A DNA stretch of 64,000 nucleotides from Nannocystales bacterium (GCA_050633305.1 JBOEGF010000022.1:128001-192000), one strand, 5' to 3'; shown: positions 49,619-59,573, counted from the stretch's first letter. Translations and numbers: made by a program. The notes: generated by a model from the sequence alone, not told the origin.

Positions 49619-50719
49619 CGGGAGCCGGGCGGGCTTTCGCTTCAGCTCGGGTCGGACATCTCCGCAGCGGTGCGGGATGAGGCCCAGCTCGTGAAGCATC
49701 TCGAGGTCGTCGTCCACCGTCCGGTTGGCGGTGGTGAGGAAGTCGCCCACCATCATGCCCGAGGCGCCCGCGCTGAACATCATCGGCAGCAGCTGTCCCA
49801 GGTGGGTGCGGCCCGCTGCGATGAAGATGTTTTGTCGCGGCAAGAACAGCCGGTATGCCGCGATGATTCGGAGCATCTCCATCGGCTCCAGGGGATCGGT
49901 GGGCGGCAGTTTGGTGCCCTCGATGCTCACCAGAAAGTTCATCGGCACCTCGTCCACGTCGAGTTCGCGCAGCGACTCCGCCAGCTCGACCCGGTCGCTG
50001 GGGGCCTCGCCCATGCCGAAGATGCCGCCCACGCAGGTGCGCAAGCCCTTGGCCTTGGCCATGCGGATCGTGTCCATCCGCTCGTCGTATGTGTGGGTGC
50101 TGACGACCTTGGAAAAGTAGCTCCGGCCGGTCTCGAGGTTGTGGTTGAGCTCGGTGAGTCCGGCCTCGACCATGCGGTCCATCGCGTCGTCGGTCAGGAA
50201 TCCGACGGAGGCGTGGGCTTCGGTGTGCCCCGCGTCGCGCACGGCCTTGATACCGGCGACGACGTGATCGAGCGCCTTGGTGTCATGTTCGAGCCCTCGG
50301 GTCGCGGTGACCAAGCCCAGCGCGCTGGCGTTTCGGCCCGCCGCGCGCTCGCTGTGGTCGACGATCTCCTCGACCGGGGTGAACTTCTTGGCCTGAACGT
50401 GCGTGCTGAAGTGCCGGGACTGGGCGCAGAATCCACAGTCCTCGGGGCACCCCCCCTCCTTGGCGTTGACGATCGAGCACAGGTGCACAGAGTTGCCGAA
50501 CCGGGCCCTGCGGACCGTGTCGGCAGCCGCCATCAGCGACCACACGTCTACATCTGGGCCTAGATAGGCGAGCAGCGTCTCGCTATCGAGGGCCTCGAGG
50601 TCGCCCCGAACGATGCGTTCGGCGATGACGGACGGCGCGAGGACCGTGGGCTCGCTCGTGGCTTCGGTGGACGCCTCGGTGGAGGGCCGTGCGTCGGTGT
50701 CGTGAGACTCCAGCGACAT
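49601..50719 (-). CDS. bioB: Biotin synthase (radical SAM)
   Basis: CPEDCGFCAQS, NHNLET, GGIFGMGE, VPMNFL and GDFLTT motifs. Confidence 0.88.
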   Translation of the reverse strand: MSLESHDTDARPSTEASTEATSEPTVLAPSVIAERIVRGDLEALDSETLLAYLGPDVDVWSLMAAADTVRRARFGNSVHLCSIVNAKEGGCPEDCGFCAQSRHFSTHVQAKKFTPVEEIVDHSERAAGRNASALGLVTATRGLEHDTKALDHVVAGIKAVRDAGHTEAHASVGFLTDDAMDRMVEAGLTELNHNLETGRSYFSKVVSTHTYDERMDTIRMAKAKGLRTCVGGIFGMGEAPSDRVELAESLRELDVDEVPMNFLVSIEGTKLPPTDPLEPMEMLRIIAAYRLFLPRQNIFIAAGRTHLGQLLPMMFSAGASGMMVGDFLTTANRTVDDDLEMLHELGLIPHRCGDVRPELKRKPARLPVLSQS

Positions 50720-50790
50720 GCGAGCACGTATATCAAGGATTGACTGGGGCGGGGTCGCACGGGGCCCGGACGGTGTTATTTTCCGCCCAC

Positions 50791-51783
50791 GTGACCCCCA
50801 CGACCTCTCCCACCCAGGCGCCCGACAAGGACGAGGTGGTGCGCGTCTTCAAGGAGATGCTCCGAATCCGTCGATTCGAGGAGCTCGCCTCGCGCGCGTA
50901 CACCCAGGGCAAGATCAGTGGCTTCCTCCACCTGTATATCGGGCAGGAAGCCATCGCCGTCGCGACGGCCGATCTGATGAAAGACGGTGACCGCGTCGTC
51001 ACCACCTATCGCGACCACGGCTTTGCGGTGGCGCTCGGCTGTGAGCCGCAACGCTGCATGGCCGAGTTGTTCGGCAAGAAGGACGGCTTGGTCGGCGGCG
51101 TCGGCGGCTCGATGCACTTCTTCGATCGAGACAAGGGCATGTGGGGCGGCTACGCGATCGTCGGAGGCCACCTCCCCGTCGCTGCCGGCCATGCGTTCGC
51201 GTCCAAGTACACGGGCGATGGTGCCGTCACGCTTTGCTTCCTTGGCGAAGGCGCGATGCACATCGGTGCGACCCACGAAGGCATGCACCTGGCCGGCTTG
51301 TGGAAGCTGCCGATCGTGTTCGTGGTCGAGAACAACCAGTACGCGATGGGCACTCCGCTGTCGCGCCAGACGTTGGTCGACGACCTCACCGTTCGGGCGC
51401 CTGCCTACCGCATGACCTCGGACCGTTGGGAAGTGACCGACGTCTTTGAGACTCGTCGCCGTCTCTCCGAGGCTGTCGAACGGGCGCGGACCGACAACCA
51501 GCCCGCGCTCATCGAGCTGCTCACGTACCGCTTCCGCGGTCACAGCATGAGCGACCCGGCCAAGTACCGGACCAAGGACGAGGTCGAGGTGCAGCGCAAG
51601 AAAGATCCGCTGTATCGCACCGAGCAGAGCCTTCGCGAAGACCACGGCTTCAGCGACGACGCCATCGAGGCGATCGATGACGCGATCGTCGAAGAGATGC
51701 AAGCGGCGGTCGACTTCGCCGAAGCCTCCCCGCAGCCCGACCCCGAGCACCGTTTCCGCAACCACCTCGTCGAGGACGACTAA
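50791..51783 (+). CDS. pdhA: Pyruvate dehydrogenase E1 alpha subunit
   Basis: GFLHLYIGQEA, GGSMH, GEGA...ENNQYAMG and RFRGHSMSDP motifs. Confidence 0.95.
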   Translation: MTPTTSPTQAPDKDEVVRVFKEMLRIRRFEELASRAYTQGKISGFLHLYIGQEAIAVATADLMKDGDRVVTTYRDHGFAVALGCEPQRCMAELFGKKDGLVGGVGGSMHFFDRDKGMWGGYAIVGGHLPVAAGHAFASKYTGDGAVTLCFLGEGAMHIGATHEGMHLAGLWKLPIVFVVENNQYAMGTPLSRQTLVDDLTVRAPAYRMTSDRWEVTDVFETRRRLSEAVERARTDNQPALIELLTYRFRGHSMSDPAKYRTKDEVEVQRKKDPLYRTEQSLREDHGFSDDAIEAIDDAIVEEMQAAVDFAEASPQPDPEHRFRNHLVEDD

Positions 51784-51787
51784 CGCC

Positions 51788-52771
51788 ATGCCCACACTAC
51801 AGATTCGAGAAGCGCTCCGAGATGCCATCGACGAGGAGATGGCCCGCGACGACCGCGTCTTCGTCATGGGCGAAGAGGTCGGCTACTACCAGGGAGCCTA
51901 CAAGTGCACCCAAGGACTGCTGGAGAAGTATGGCGAGCAGCGGGTGGTCGACACCCCGATCGCTGAGGCCGGATTCGCCGGGGTTGGCGTCGGGGCTGCG
52001 ATGGCGGGTTTGCGCCCGATCATCGAGTTCATGACCTTCAACTTCTCCGCGGTGGCCTTCGACCAGATCCTCAACAACGCGGCCAAGATGCGGCACCTCA
52101 CCGGTGGTCAGTTCACCGTGCCCATGGTGTTCCGCGGTCCCAACGCCGCCGCGCACATGCTCAGCTCCACGCACAGCCAGGCGTTCGAGAGCTTCTACTG
52201 CGGCTTCCCAGGCGTAAAGGTCGTCTCGGTGGCCACGCCATACGACGCCAAGGGCCTGCTCAAGTCGGCCGTGCGCGACGAAAACCCGGTCATCTTCTTC
52301 GAGTCCGAGGTGATGTACGGCGTCAAGGGAGAGGTCCCCGATGGCGAGTACCTGATCCCGATCGGCGAAGCGGACATCAAGCGCCCCGGAAGCCAGGTCA
52401 CCGTGATCACGTGGGGCCAGGGGGTGCCCACGACCCTCGAAGCCGCGAAGATGGCTGAAGAGGTCGGCATCGACGCCGAGGTCATCGACCTTCGCACGCT
52501 GCGACCGCTGGACAAGGACGCCATCTTGAACAGCGTACGCAAGACCAACCGCGCCGTGCTCTCGTATCACGGCTGGCCGTACGGCGGCACCGGAGCCGAG
52601 GTCGCCGACCTCATCGCTCGAGAGTGCTTCTACGACCTGGACGCGCCCGTCGAGCGTGTCTGTTACGAAGACATCAACTTCTCCTACGCCGAGAACCTCG
52701 AAGAGCTGGCGATTCCCTCGCCCAAACAGATCTACGAGGCCATCGCGAAGGTCGCCTACCACTCTCTTTAG
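51788..52771 (+). CDS. pdhB: Pyruvate dehydrogenase E1 beta subunit
   Basis: MGEEVG, DTPIAE, EFMTFNF, FRGPN and IDLRTLRPLD motifs. Confidence 0.95.
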   Translation: MPTLQIREALRDAIDEEMARDDRVFVMGEEVGYYQGAYKCTQGLLEKYGEQRVVDTPIAEAGFAGVGVGAAMAGLRPIIEFMTFNFSAVAFDQILNNAAKMRHLTGGQFTVPMVFRGPNAAAHMLSSTHSQAFESFYCGFPGVKVVSVATPYDAKGLLKSAVRDENPVIFFESEVMYGVKGEVPDGEYLIPIGEADIKRPGSQVTVITWGQGVPTTLEAAKMAEEVGIDAEVIDLRTLRPLDKDAILNSVRKTNRAVLSYHGWPYGGTGAEVADLIARECFYDLDAPVERVCYEDINFSYAENLEELAIPSPKQIYEAIAKVAYHSL

Positions 52772-52804
52772 ACCCAGCTGAACGGCAGCATCAGGACCAG
52801 CGCT

Positions 52805-54070
52805 ATGGCAACGATCGTCGAGCTTCCCCGCCTCTCCGACACCATGGAGGAGGGCGTCATCGCCAAGTGGCACATCGCCGAGGGCGACAAAGTCAAACGC
52901 GGCCAGATCATCGCGGATGTCGAGACCGACAAGGCCACGATGGAGTACGAGTCCTTCGACGCCGGCACGGTGTTGAAGATCATCGCGGCCGAGGGCGACA
53001 CACACCCGATTGGCACGCCCATCGCAGTGCTCGGCAAGCCGGGCGAGGATGTGGATGCTGCGCTCGCCAAGGCGGGGAGTGCTTCTCCAGTCGCGCCTCA
53101 GGGCGAGGCAGCTCCGGCGGCGGCGCCTGTGCCCGCGCCCGCAGCACCCGTTGCCGCAGCTCCGGTCGCAGCACCCGCGCCTGCACCGACGGCCGACGAT
53201 GGTCGGGTTGCCGCCTCACCGTTGGCTCGGCGCATGGCCCATGAGGCCGGTATCGCCCTGTCGGCGATCACGGGGAGCGGCCCGCACGGTCGCGTCGTGA
53301 AGGCCGATGTCGACGCTGCGATCGCGGGCGGCGGAGCACCCGCGGCCGGGACGACTGTCTCGGATGGCGCTCGCACCTTCGTGTCCCGCCCGGACACCAC
53401 CATGTCCCTCTCGCAGATGCGCAAGACCATCGCGAAGCGGATGTCGCAGAGCAACGCCGAGATCCCGCACTTCTACCTGACGATCGACGCCGACATGGGC
53501 GGTGCGGTCGCCATGCGGACGCAGCTCAAGGCCGCGCTTCCCGACGTCAAGATCTCCTACAACGACATGGTCATCTTGGCTGTGGCGAAGGCGCTGGTGA
53601 AGCACCCGGAGATCAACGCCTACTGGGATGGCAAGACCATCGTCCGCCGTGGCGACATCCACGTCGGCATGGCGGTTGCTGTGGACGAGGGCCTCATCGT
53701 GCCGCCGGTTCGGCACACCGAGCAACGGACGCTCTCCGAGGTCGCGACGGCCACTCGGGCGATCGGTGCCAAGGCTCGAGACAAGAAGCTGACCCCGGCC
53801 GAGATGACGGGCAGCACCTTCACCGTGTCCAACCTGGGCATGTTCGGCATCGAGCAGTTCCTGGCCGTGATCAACCCCGGGGAGGGTGCAATCCTGGCCG
53901 TCGGTGCGATTCGCGACGAAGCCGTCGTCGTCAATGGCGAACTGGCGCCGGGCAAGCGCATGCGGGTCAACCTGGCGTGTGACCACCGGGTGATGGACGG
54001 GGCTGTCGGAGCACAGTTCCTCGTGACCCTCCGCGGCTACCTCGAGCAGCCGCTGTCGATGCTGGCCTAG
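52805..54070 (+). CDS. pdhC: Dihydrolipoamide acetyltransferase (PDH E2)
   Basis: ETDKA lipoyl site, ASPLARR, GSGPHGRV and DHRVMDG motifs. Confidence 0.95.
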   Translation: MATIVELPRLSDTMEEGVIAKWHIAEGDKVKRGQIIADVETDKATMEYESFDAGTVLKIIAAEGDTHPIGTPIAVLGKPGEDVDAALAKAGSASPVAPQGEAAPAAAPVPAPAAPVAAAPVAAPAPAPTADDGRVAASPLARRMAHEAGIALSAITGSGPHGRVVKADVDAAIAGGGAPAAGTTVSDGARTFVSRPDTTMSLSQMRKTIAKRMSQSNAEIPHFYLTIDADMGGAVAMRTQLKAALPDVKISYNDMVILAVAKALVKHPEINAYWDGKTIVRRGDIHVGMAVAVDEGLIVPPVRHTEQRTLSEVATATRAIGAKARDKKLTPAEMTGSTFTVSNLGMFGIEQFLAVINPGEGAILAVGAIRDEAVVVNGELAPGKRMRVNLACDHRVMDGAVGAQFLVTLRGYLEQPLSMLA

Positions 54071-54073
54071 GCC

Positions 54074-54712
54074 GTGGCCGCGATGGCTGGGCGCATTCTG
54101 TGGGCCTATGCCCACCCCAAAGAGGCTGAAGGCCTCGACCTCCCGCACAGCGTCGAGCTGGGCGTGGGCAAGGTCGAGGCCACCCTTGCGCTCACGCGAG
54201 CGCTTTGCGGCGCGCTGCCCGACGTCGTGATCAACTTCGGGGTCGCCGGAGCGTTTCCTGCGTCAGGGCTCGAGGTCGGAGACGTTTGCCTGGTGACGCA
54301 GGAGACCTTTGCCGATGAAGGCCTCGTGACGCAGGACGGCTTCGAGGACCTCGTGGCGTTGAAGCTGGCCGAGGGTGTGGAGTGGTCGGCGGATTCGGTG
54401 TGGACGCAGCGCGTCGCCGACGTCTTGGGCGAGGTCCCGCGGATCCGCGGTACGACGGTGTCGACGATCAGCGGCACGGATGCGTTGGCGGCGGCGTACG
54501 CCGACCGAGTGCAAGCCGCGGTCGAGACCATGGAAGGGGCGGCGGTCGCCCGGGTGTGTGACGCGTTCGGGGTGCCGTGGGTTCAGCTGCGGAGCATCAG
54601 CAACCGGGTGGGGGATCGCGAGCGCGGCGGTTGGGACATCCGACTCGCGAAGACGCGGTTGCACGAGGCGGCCCGACGCCTGCTGCGCTCGCCGGGGTTC
54701 GCAGAGAGCTGA
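54074..54712 (+). CDS. mqnB: Futalosine hydrolase
   Basis: GVGKVEA, GVAGAF, ETMEGAAVA and RSISNRVGDRER..W motifs. Confidence 0.87.
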   Translation: MAAMAGRILWAYAHPKEAEGLDLPHSVELGVGKVEATLALTRALCGALPDVVINFGVAGAFPASGLEVGDVCLVTQETFADEGLVTQDGFEDLVALKLAEGVEWSADSVWTQRVADVLGEVPRIRGTTVSTISGTDALAAAYADRVQAAVETMEGAAVARVCDAFGVPWVQLRSISNRVGDRERGGWDIRLAKTRLHEAARRLLRSPGFAES

Positions 54713-54835
54713 GTGGGGCAGGCGGCGTGTTCGCGGTTGATGTTCCGACCCGCGAGCCGTGATGGCAGCGAACACGACAGATCCCGGCCTCAGGAACCGC
54801 CCATGTTCAGGGGCGGTTGGCGTATGCTAGCGGCG

Positions 54836-55861
54836 GTGGGGAACAAGCGACTCGTCCTGGCTTCGGCGGCCGTAACGCTCGCTGTGTCGGCATGTACCGT
54901 CTCGCCTGGCCCGCGCGAGGACTTCCCCGAGACGACCGCCACGCCGACGACGGCGAGCGGTACGAGCAATGGCGGCGTCACTGGGTCCGAAGCGGGAGAG
55001 CTGACTTCGGTCGGCAGCGACTCCAGCGGCGGCGAGAAGCTGGATGTGAACGCCCCCGATGCCCCCGTGGGCTGCGAGATGGTGGACTTCCTGTTCGTCA
55101 TCGACAACTCGCTGTCGATGCAGACCTACCAAGAGCAGCTCGCAGAGGAGTTCCCGAACTTCATCGCGGCGGCCTTCGAGGCGCTTCCTCCCGACGTTGA
55201 CGTTCATGTCGGCATCACCACGACGGACTTCGACTATAGCTGCGGCGCACCCGAGGTCACGGGCAACTGTCAGACGACGGCGTCGTTCGAAGAGGTCAAC
55301 AGCCACTACATCACGCCCGACGTGATGAACAACGGGGGCAACGGATCCCAAGGTCGGCTGTTCGAGTGGTCCGATCAGCACTGGTTCGAGACCAACTCCG
55401 GCGACGACCCCGCTGCGCTCACGCAATGGTTCTCCGGCGCAGCGGTGGCCGCGGGGGAGCAAGGGTGCTCGTTCGAGATGCCCGTGGCCGCCGCAGGGTG
55501 GGCGACCGATCCGATCAACGCGGAGACCAACGAAGGTTTCATTCGGGACGAGAATGCGCTGTTGGTGGTCTTCTTCCTCACCGACGAGCCGGACAAGTCG
55601 CCCGAGCCTGAATCCGTCCACGCCGCGCAGATGCTGGCGGCCAAGGAGGCGTGCGGGGGAGAGGAGTGCATCTTCGTCAGTGGGCTGATCCCCGACTGCA
55701 TCGAAGGCGCAAACCAGAAACTCTGGCAGTTCATGACCCTGTTCGATGAGGGGAACCCCCCGTGGGGTGATGTCGCCCAGACGACCCAGTACAGCCAGCT
55801 CTTCGGCGGTTTCCTGGCCGGTGCCGTCGCCGATGCGTGCTTGTCGATCCCCGCCGCGTAG
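54836..55861 (+). CDS. vWA-like domain lipoprotein (myxobacterial)
   Basis: DFLFVIDNSLSM MIDAS-like motif, VGITTTD, FLTDEPD; lipobox SAC; start 54824 or 54836. Confidence 0.8.
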   Translation: MGNKRLVLASAAVTLAVSACTVSPGPREDFPETTATPTTASGTSNGGVTGSEAGELTSVGSDSSGGEKLDVNAPDAPVGCEMVDFLFVIDNSLSMQTYQEQLAEEFPNFIAAAFEALPPDVDVHVGITTTDFDYSCGAPEVTGNCQTTASFEEVNSHYITPDVMNNGGNGSQGRLFEWSDQHWFETNSGDDPAALTQWFSGAAVAAGEQGCSFEMPVAAAGWATDPINAETNEGFIRDENALLVVFFLTDEPDKSPEPESVHAAQMLAAKEACGGEECIFVSGLIPDCIEGANQKLWQFMTLFDEGNPPWGDVAQTTQYSQLFGGFLAGAVADACLSIPAA

Positions 55862-55911
55862 GGGTCCGCTACCCGCTTGTCCGGCGTGGCCCGGAACGGC
55901 ACACTGGGCGA

Positions 55912-57681
55912 ATGCGGAACTTGGGTGGTGTCCTTCCTTATTTGCTCCTTAGTCTTCCCGCGCTTGCTTGCGGCGACGATGACGTCAGCGCGACGGCCGG
56001 TTCCTCCTTTGGTGGCTCAACTTCAGGAAACCCGATTCCAGTCGATTCGTCGTCGAGCTCCTCTGGTGCAGGGACGGACTCGGTGGGCGCAGATGGCAGC
56101 ACCGGCGACACCACCACGGGTGTTGAGCCGACCACGAGCGGTCCGGGCGAGACGGACCCGAGTACGGGGAGTTCGACCGGCTCGGACACGACCGGGCCCA
56201 TCGATTGCGATGTGGGCAGCGACACGCCGGACATCAATGGGCTGGATGAGGACGGCGACGGGATCGACGGGGTCGCGTGCGCGGCCGTGTTCGTGAGCGC
56301 GATCGCGGGCAGCGACCTCAACGAAGGCCTCGAGCAGAACGACCCGGTCCTGTCGATCAGCCGGGGCATCGAGATCGCGGAATCCTTCAGTCCCCCGCGA
56401 ATGGTCTTGGTGAGCACGGGCAACTATTCCGAGACGGTGAACCTGGTCTCGGGTGTGAGCATCTACGGAGGCTACGACCCGCTGACTTGGGAGAGGAGCA
56501 TCGAGGACAACCGCGCCTCGATCGTCGGGACGGAGGATCGCACCGTCATCGCCGAGAACCTCGAAGCGGCTGTCACGATGCAGGGCTTCACGGTCGAAGG
56601 GGCGAGCTTCCAGTTCGACAGCGCATCGACGTATGGGATCTGGGTTCGGGACACGCCGGACGGACTGCTGAGCATCGATGCCTGCGAGGTTCGGGCGGGT
56701 GACGCCGGAGAGGGCACTGCTGGCGACGCCGGGGAGGAAGGCGACCCTGGAGGCAACGGCATGCCCGGCGGCCTCGGGGCGGGCGGAGCGGGCGGCACAT
56801 CGTCGTGCGGAGCGAACGGAGGAAACGGGGGCACCGCGGCCAGCAACTGCACGTACACCGCCAGCCAACCGGGGCAAAACGGCGGGGACGGGACACAGGT
56901 CGGAAGCGCGGGAACCCCGGGTCCTGACGAATGCTCCAATGACGGCTGCAATGACGAGGGCGAGAACGCAGGCGATGGCGGCGACGGGAACGCCGGACTC
57001 GATGGCGAGGGAGCCACCGCGAGCCCGTCAGGACTCGGCGCGTTCAACGGTGCGGGCCTTTGGGGGCAGACCGGGGGCACGCCCGCGACGGATGGGCTCA
57101 ACGGCGGTGGCGGTGGCGGTGGCGGCCACGGGGGATCCGACGACGATACCGATAGCATCCTCGGCGTCGATTTGTGCGGTGGAGAGATCGATGTCGGTGG
57201 CGGTGGCGGTGGTGCCGGTGCCGGCGGATGCGGTGGTAACGGCGGACAGAGCGGCCTGCCCGGAGGCGGGAGCTTCGGAATTGTCGTCATCGCTTCGAGC
57301 ATCTCGATCACCAACACCGACGTCTTCATGGGCTCCGGTGGCAATGGCGGCGACGGAGGAGCGGGCGGGAACGCGGGAACTCGCGGAACGGGTTCGGGCG
57401 GCGGCAGCGGGGACGAGGAAGCAGGCGATGGCGGCGACGGGGGCGTCGGTGGATTTGGCGGTGCCGGTGGTGGTGGCGCGGGCGGTTGCGGTGGCCCCGC
57501 GATCGGGATCGCGAATGTCTCCGGATCAGCCCTCAACGTCTCCAACGTCTCGTTCCAAGACGGAGCGGCCGGAATCCCCGGAGATCCGGGGACAGGGGGG
57601 GTCCATGCCGACAACACCCAAGAAGCCCCTGCCGGAGAGCCTGGCTGCGTTGGGGTGTTCACCGACCAACAGGAGTTCTAG
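55912..57681 (+). CDS. Gly-rich surface lipoprotein with a DUF1565-like/beta-helix region
   Basis: Lipobox LAC; DEDGDGIDG, GVSIYGGY; long GGxGG runs. Confidence 0.82.
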   Translation: MRNLGGVLPYLLLSLPALACGDDDVSATAGSSFGGSTSGNPIPVDSSSSSSGAGTDSVGADGSTGDTTTGVEPTTSGPGETDPSTGSSTGSDTTGPIDCDVGSDTPDINGLDEDGDGIDGVACAAVFVSAIAGSDLNEGLEQNDPVLSISRGIEIAESFSPPRMVLVSTGNYSETVNLVSGVSIYGGYDPLTWERSIEDNRASIVGTEDRTVIAENLEAAVTMQGFTVEGASFQFDSASTYGIWVRDTPDGLLSIDACEVRAGDAGEGTAGDAGEEGDPGGNGMPGGLGAGGAGGTSSCGANGGNGGTAASNCTYTASQPGQNGGDGTQVGSAGTPGPDECSNDGCNDEGENAGDGGDGNAGLDGEGATASPSGLGAFNGAGLWGQTGGTPATDGLNGGGGGGGGHGGSDDDTDSILGVDLCGGEIDVGGGGGGAGAGGCGGNGGQSGLPGGGSFGIVVIASSISITNTDVFMGSGGNGGDGGAGGNAGTRGTGSGGGSGDEEAGDGGDGGVGGFGGAGGGGAGGCGGPAIGIANVSGSALNVSNVSFQDGAAGIPGDPGTGGVHADNTQEAPAGEPGCVGVFTDQQEF

Positions 57682-57710
57682 GCCAACGGACGACCGCGCC
57701 ATCGTGGCTC

Positions 57711-58259
57711 TCACGATAGGCGCGCGGGGGGCTTTCGAGCCCACGGTTCCGCGGCGACCTCGGTCACGTTCACGAGGAATGACACGGCGTGATACAGGCC
57801 GGCGAGGGTGACGAGCTCGATGCACGCAGCGTCTTCAAAGTGCTCGTGGACCGAGGCCCATGTCGCATCGGAGACCCGAGACGTCTCGTGCAGCTCGTCG
57901 CAGAGTCGCAGGAGCGCTCGTTCATCGTCGGTCCAGCTTTCCAGCTCGAGGCCCGTCCACGTCGCCTCGAGTTGGGCGTCATCGAGACCTGCCGTGCCGC
58001 CGAACAGCGTGGCATGGACACCCCATTCGTAGTGGGCGTCGCACTGGGCGCAGCTGCGCAGGATCACGATCTCCCGCTGTCGCACACTGATCGAGCCGGG
58101 GTCGAGCAGGCCTGAGCGCTGGATGCGGCGCAGCACCCGGGGGTTGTGCGCTAGGGTGCGAAACAGCGACAGCGGCTCCATCCCCGGCGGCATCAGCCGG
58201 GAGAACGTGTCGACGACGTCTTGGGGGTAGGGGGCTTCGAGGGGGGCAATACGGGGCAT
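57711..58259 (-). CDS. Carboxymuconolactone decarboxylase/AhpD-family protein
   Basis: LFRTLAHNP, REIVILR..AQCDAHYEWGVH and ELHETSRVSD motifs. Confidence 0.85.
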   Translation of the reverse strand: MPRIAPLEAPYPQDVVDTFSRLMPPGMEPLSLFRTLAHNPRVLRRIQRSGLLDPGSISVRQREIVILRSCAQCDAHYEWGVHATLFGGTAGLDDAQLEATWTGLELESWTDDERALLRLCDELHETSRVSDATWASVHEHFEDAACIELVTLAGLYHAVSFLVNVTEVAAEPWARKPPARLS

Positions 58260-58278
58260 CGTTTTCCTTGGCCTTGTT

Positions 58279-58332
58279 GCTACGGTTTTCGTAGCGGTAT
58301 GCTCTCGGTGTAGCGCTACTTTTTTCGTAGCG
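58279..58332. promoter_or_regulatory. Two GCTAC-N7-GTAGC operators between divergent CMD and HxlR genes
   Basis: GCTACGGTTTTCGTAGC (58279-58295) and CGCTACTTTTTTCGTAGCG (58314-58332). Confidence 0.75.
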
Positions 58333-58349
58333 CAACCACGGTGCAAGCG

Positions 58350-58643
58350 ATGCCCAAGAAGAAGACGTCAACCCGGCGCCCAGTCATGACCCTGCTCGAG
58401 GTGTTGGGGCGTCGGTGGACGCTGCGGATCTTGTGGGAGCTCCGCGTCGGTGCGCTGAGTTTTCGTGCGCTCCGGGCCGCGGCCGACGACGTGTCCCCGA
58501 GTGTGCTCAATGCTCGACTCGCGGATCTACGGGCACTGGGCGTGGTCGAGTCCGGAGATGACGGGTACATGCTGACCTCGTCGGGAAAGGAACTCTCGGC
58601 GACTCTGCTCGAGCTCAACGAATGGGCGAACCGGTACGCGTAG
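58350..58643 (+). CDS. HxlR-family winged-helix transcriptional regulator
   Basis: LGRRWTLRILWEL...SPSVLNARLADL...YMLTSSGKEL pattern. Confidence 0.9.
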   Translation: MPKKKTSTRRPVMTLLEVLGRRWTLRILWELRVGALSFRALRAAADDVSPSVLNARLADLRALGVVESGDDGYMLTSSGKELSATLLELNEWANRYA

Positions 58644-58746
58644 AGGCGAACGCCCGGACCGCGGCTCTCGCTTGTGTAGGAGCGTTCGCGTTCCTTTTAC
58701 GAAGCGTTGACTGTGCTCGCGGCTGGCCCCGTGCAGGATGACGAAC

Positions 58747-59553
58747 ATGCGTAGATTCTCGATGTTGTCCGTTGTGCTCCTCGCCCTGGGGGGTTGCGAC
58801 GGCAAGGACACGTCGCCAGAAACGGACGAAGCCCAGGCTGCCACCGAGGACGAGTCGAAGCTCCAGGCGGAGGCCGAGAGCCCCGGCCCGCACGGAAAAC
58901 GAGGCGGTCCGCACGGAGAACGACGCGGCCCGCACGGAAAGCGGGGCGGCGCCCACGGAAAGCGGGGCGGTGCTCATGGAGGACCCAGAGGTGAGGGAGG
59001 CCCTCCCCACGGCCGACGTCCGCCTCCTCGCCGTCCGCAGCTCGAAGACCGAGTGTTGGCGGACAGCGGGTTGGGAGTCGGCGGCAAGCTGAGCCCCTTC
59101 CAGATTCTCAACTGCGAAGACGGGGAGGAGTACTGCCAGGTCTGTCGCTACGGGAGCAGCCCCAAGCTCATGGCCGTGGGGACGGCGGACGACGAGGCCT
59201 TTCGCAAGGACCTCCAAGACCTCGACGCGATGGTCAAGAAGTATGGATCCGACAAGGTCAAGGCGTTCGCGGTCATCACGGAGATCGAAGACGGCAAGGC
59301 TGTGACCCCCAAGGACCCTGAGGCCTCGAGAGCCAAAGCCAAGGCTCTCAAGGCGGAGCTCGGCCTGGACTTCCCCGTCGTTGTGCCCGCGCCTGAAGAC
59401 GGGCACAACGAGACCTGGGAGCGCTACTACAACATCACCAAGAGCCGCACCGTGATGTTCTCGAATGGCCGCAATCAGGTGAAATACTCCGCCGTCGAAC
59501 CGTCGGATTTTGCAGACCTGGGCGAAGCGATCGAAGCTGTCCTGGGGGCCTGA
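58747..59553 (+). CDS. Lipoprotein with GPHGKRG repeats and a thioredoxin-like C-terminal domain
   Basis: Lipobox LGGC; five heptad repeats; YCQVCRYG motif; start 58738 or 58747. Confidence 0.75.
   Translation: MRRFSMLSVVLLALGGCDGKDTSPETDEAQAATEDESKLQAEAESPGPHGKRGGPHGERRGPHGKRGGAHGKRGGAHGGPRGEGGPPHGRRPPPRRPQLEDRVLADSGLGVGGKLSPFQILNCEDGEEYCQVCRYGSSPKLMAVGTADDEAFRKDLQDLDAMVKKYGSDKVKAFAVITEIEDGKAVTPKDPEASRAKAKALKAELGLDFPVVVPAPEDGHNETWERYYNITKSRTVMFSNGRNQVKYSAVEPSDFADLGEAIEAVLGA
58885..58989 (+). repeat. Five 21-nt tandem repeats encoding G(P/A)HG(K/E/G)xx heptads
   Basis: ggcccgcacggaaaacgaggc / ggtccgcacggagaacgacgc / ggcccgcacggaaagcggggc / ggcgcccacggaaagcggggc / ggtgctcatggaggacccaga. Confidence 0.85.
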
Positions 59554-59573
59554 CGCCGCTTCGGAGGTTGCCG

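Noticed and set aside
56700..57600. PE-PGRS or collagen call for the Gly-rich region
   Set aside because: There is no PE domain or sustained Gly-X-Y periodicity; it is a generic Gly-rich lipoprotein region.
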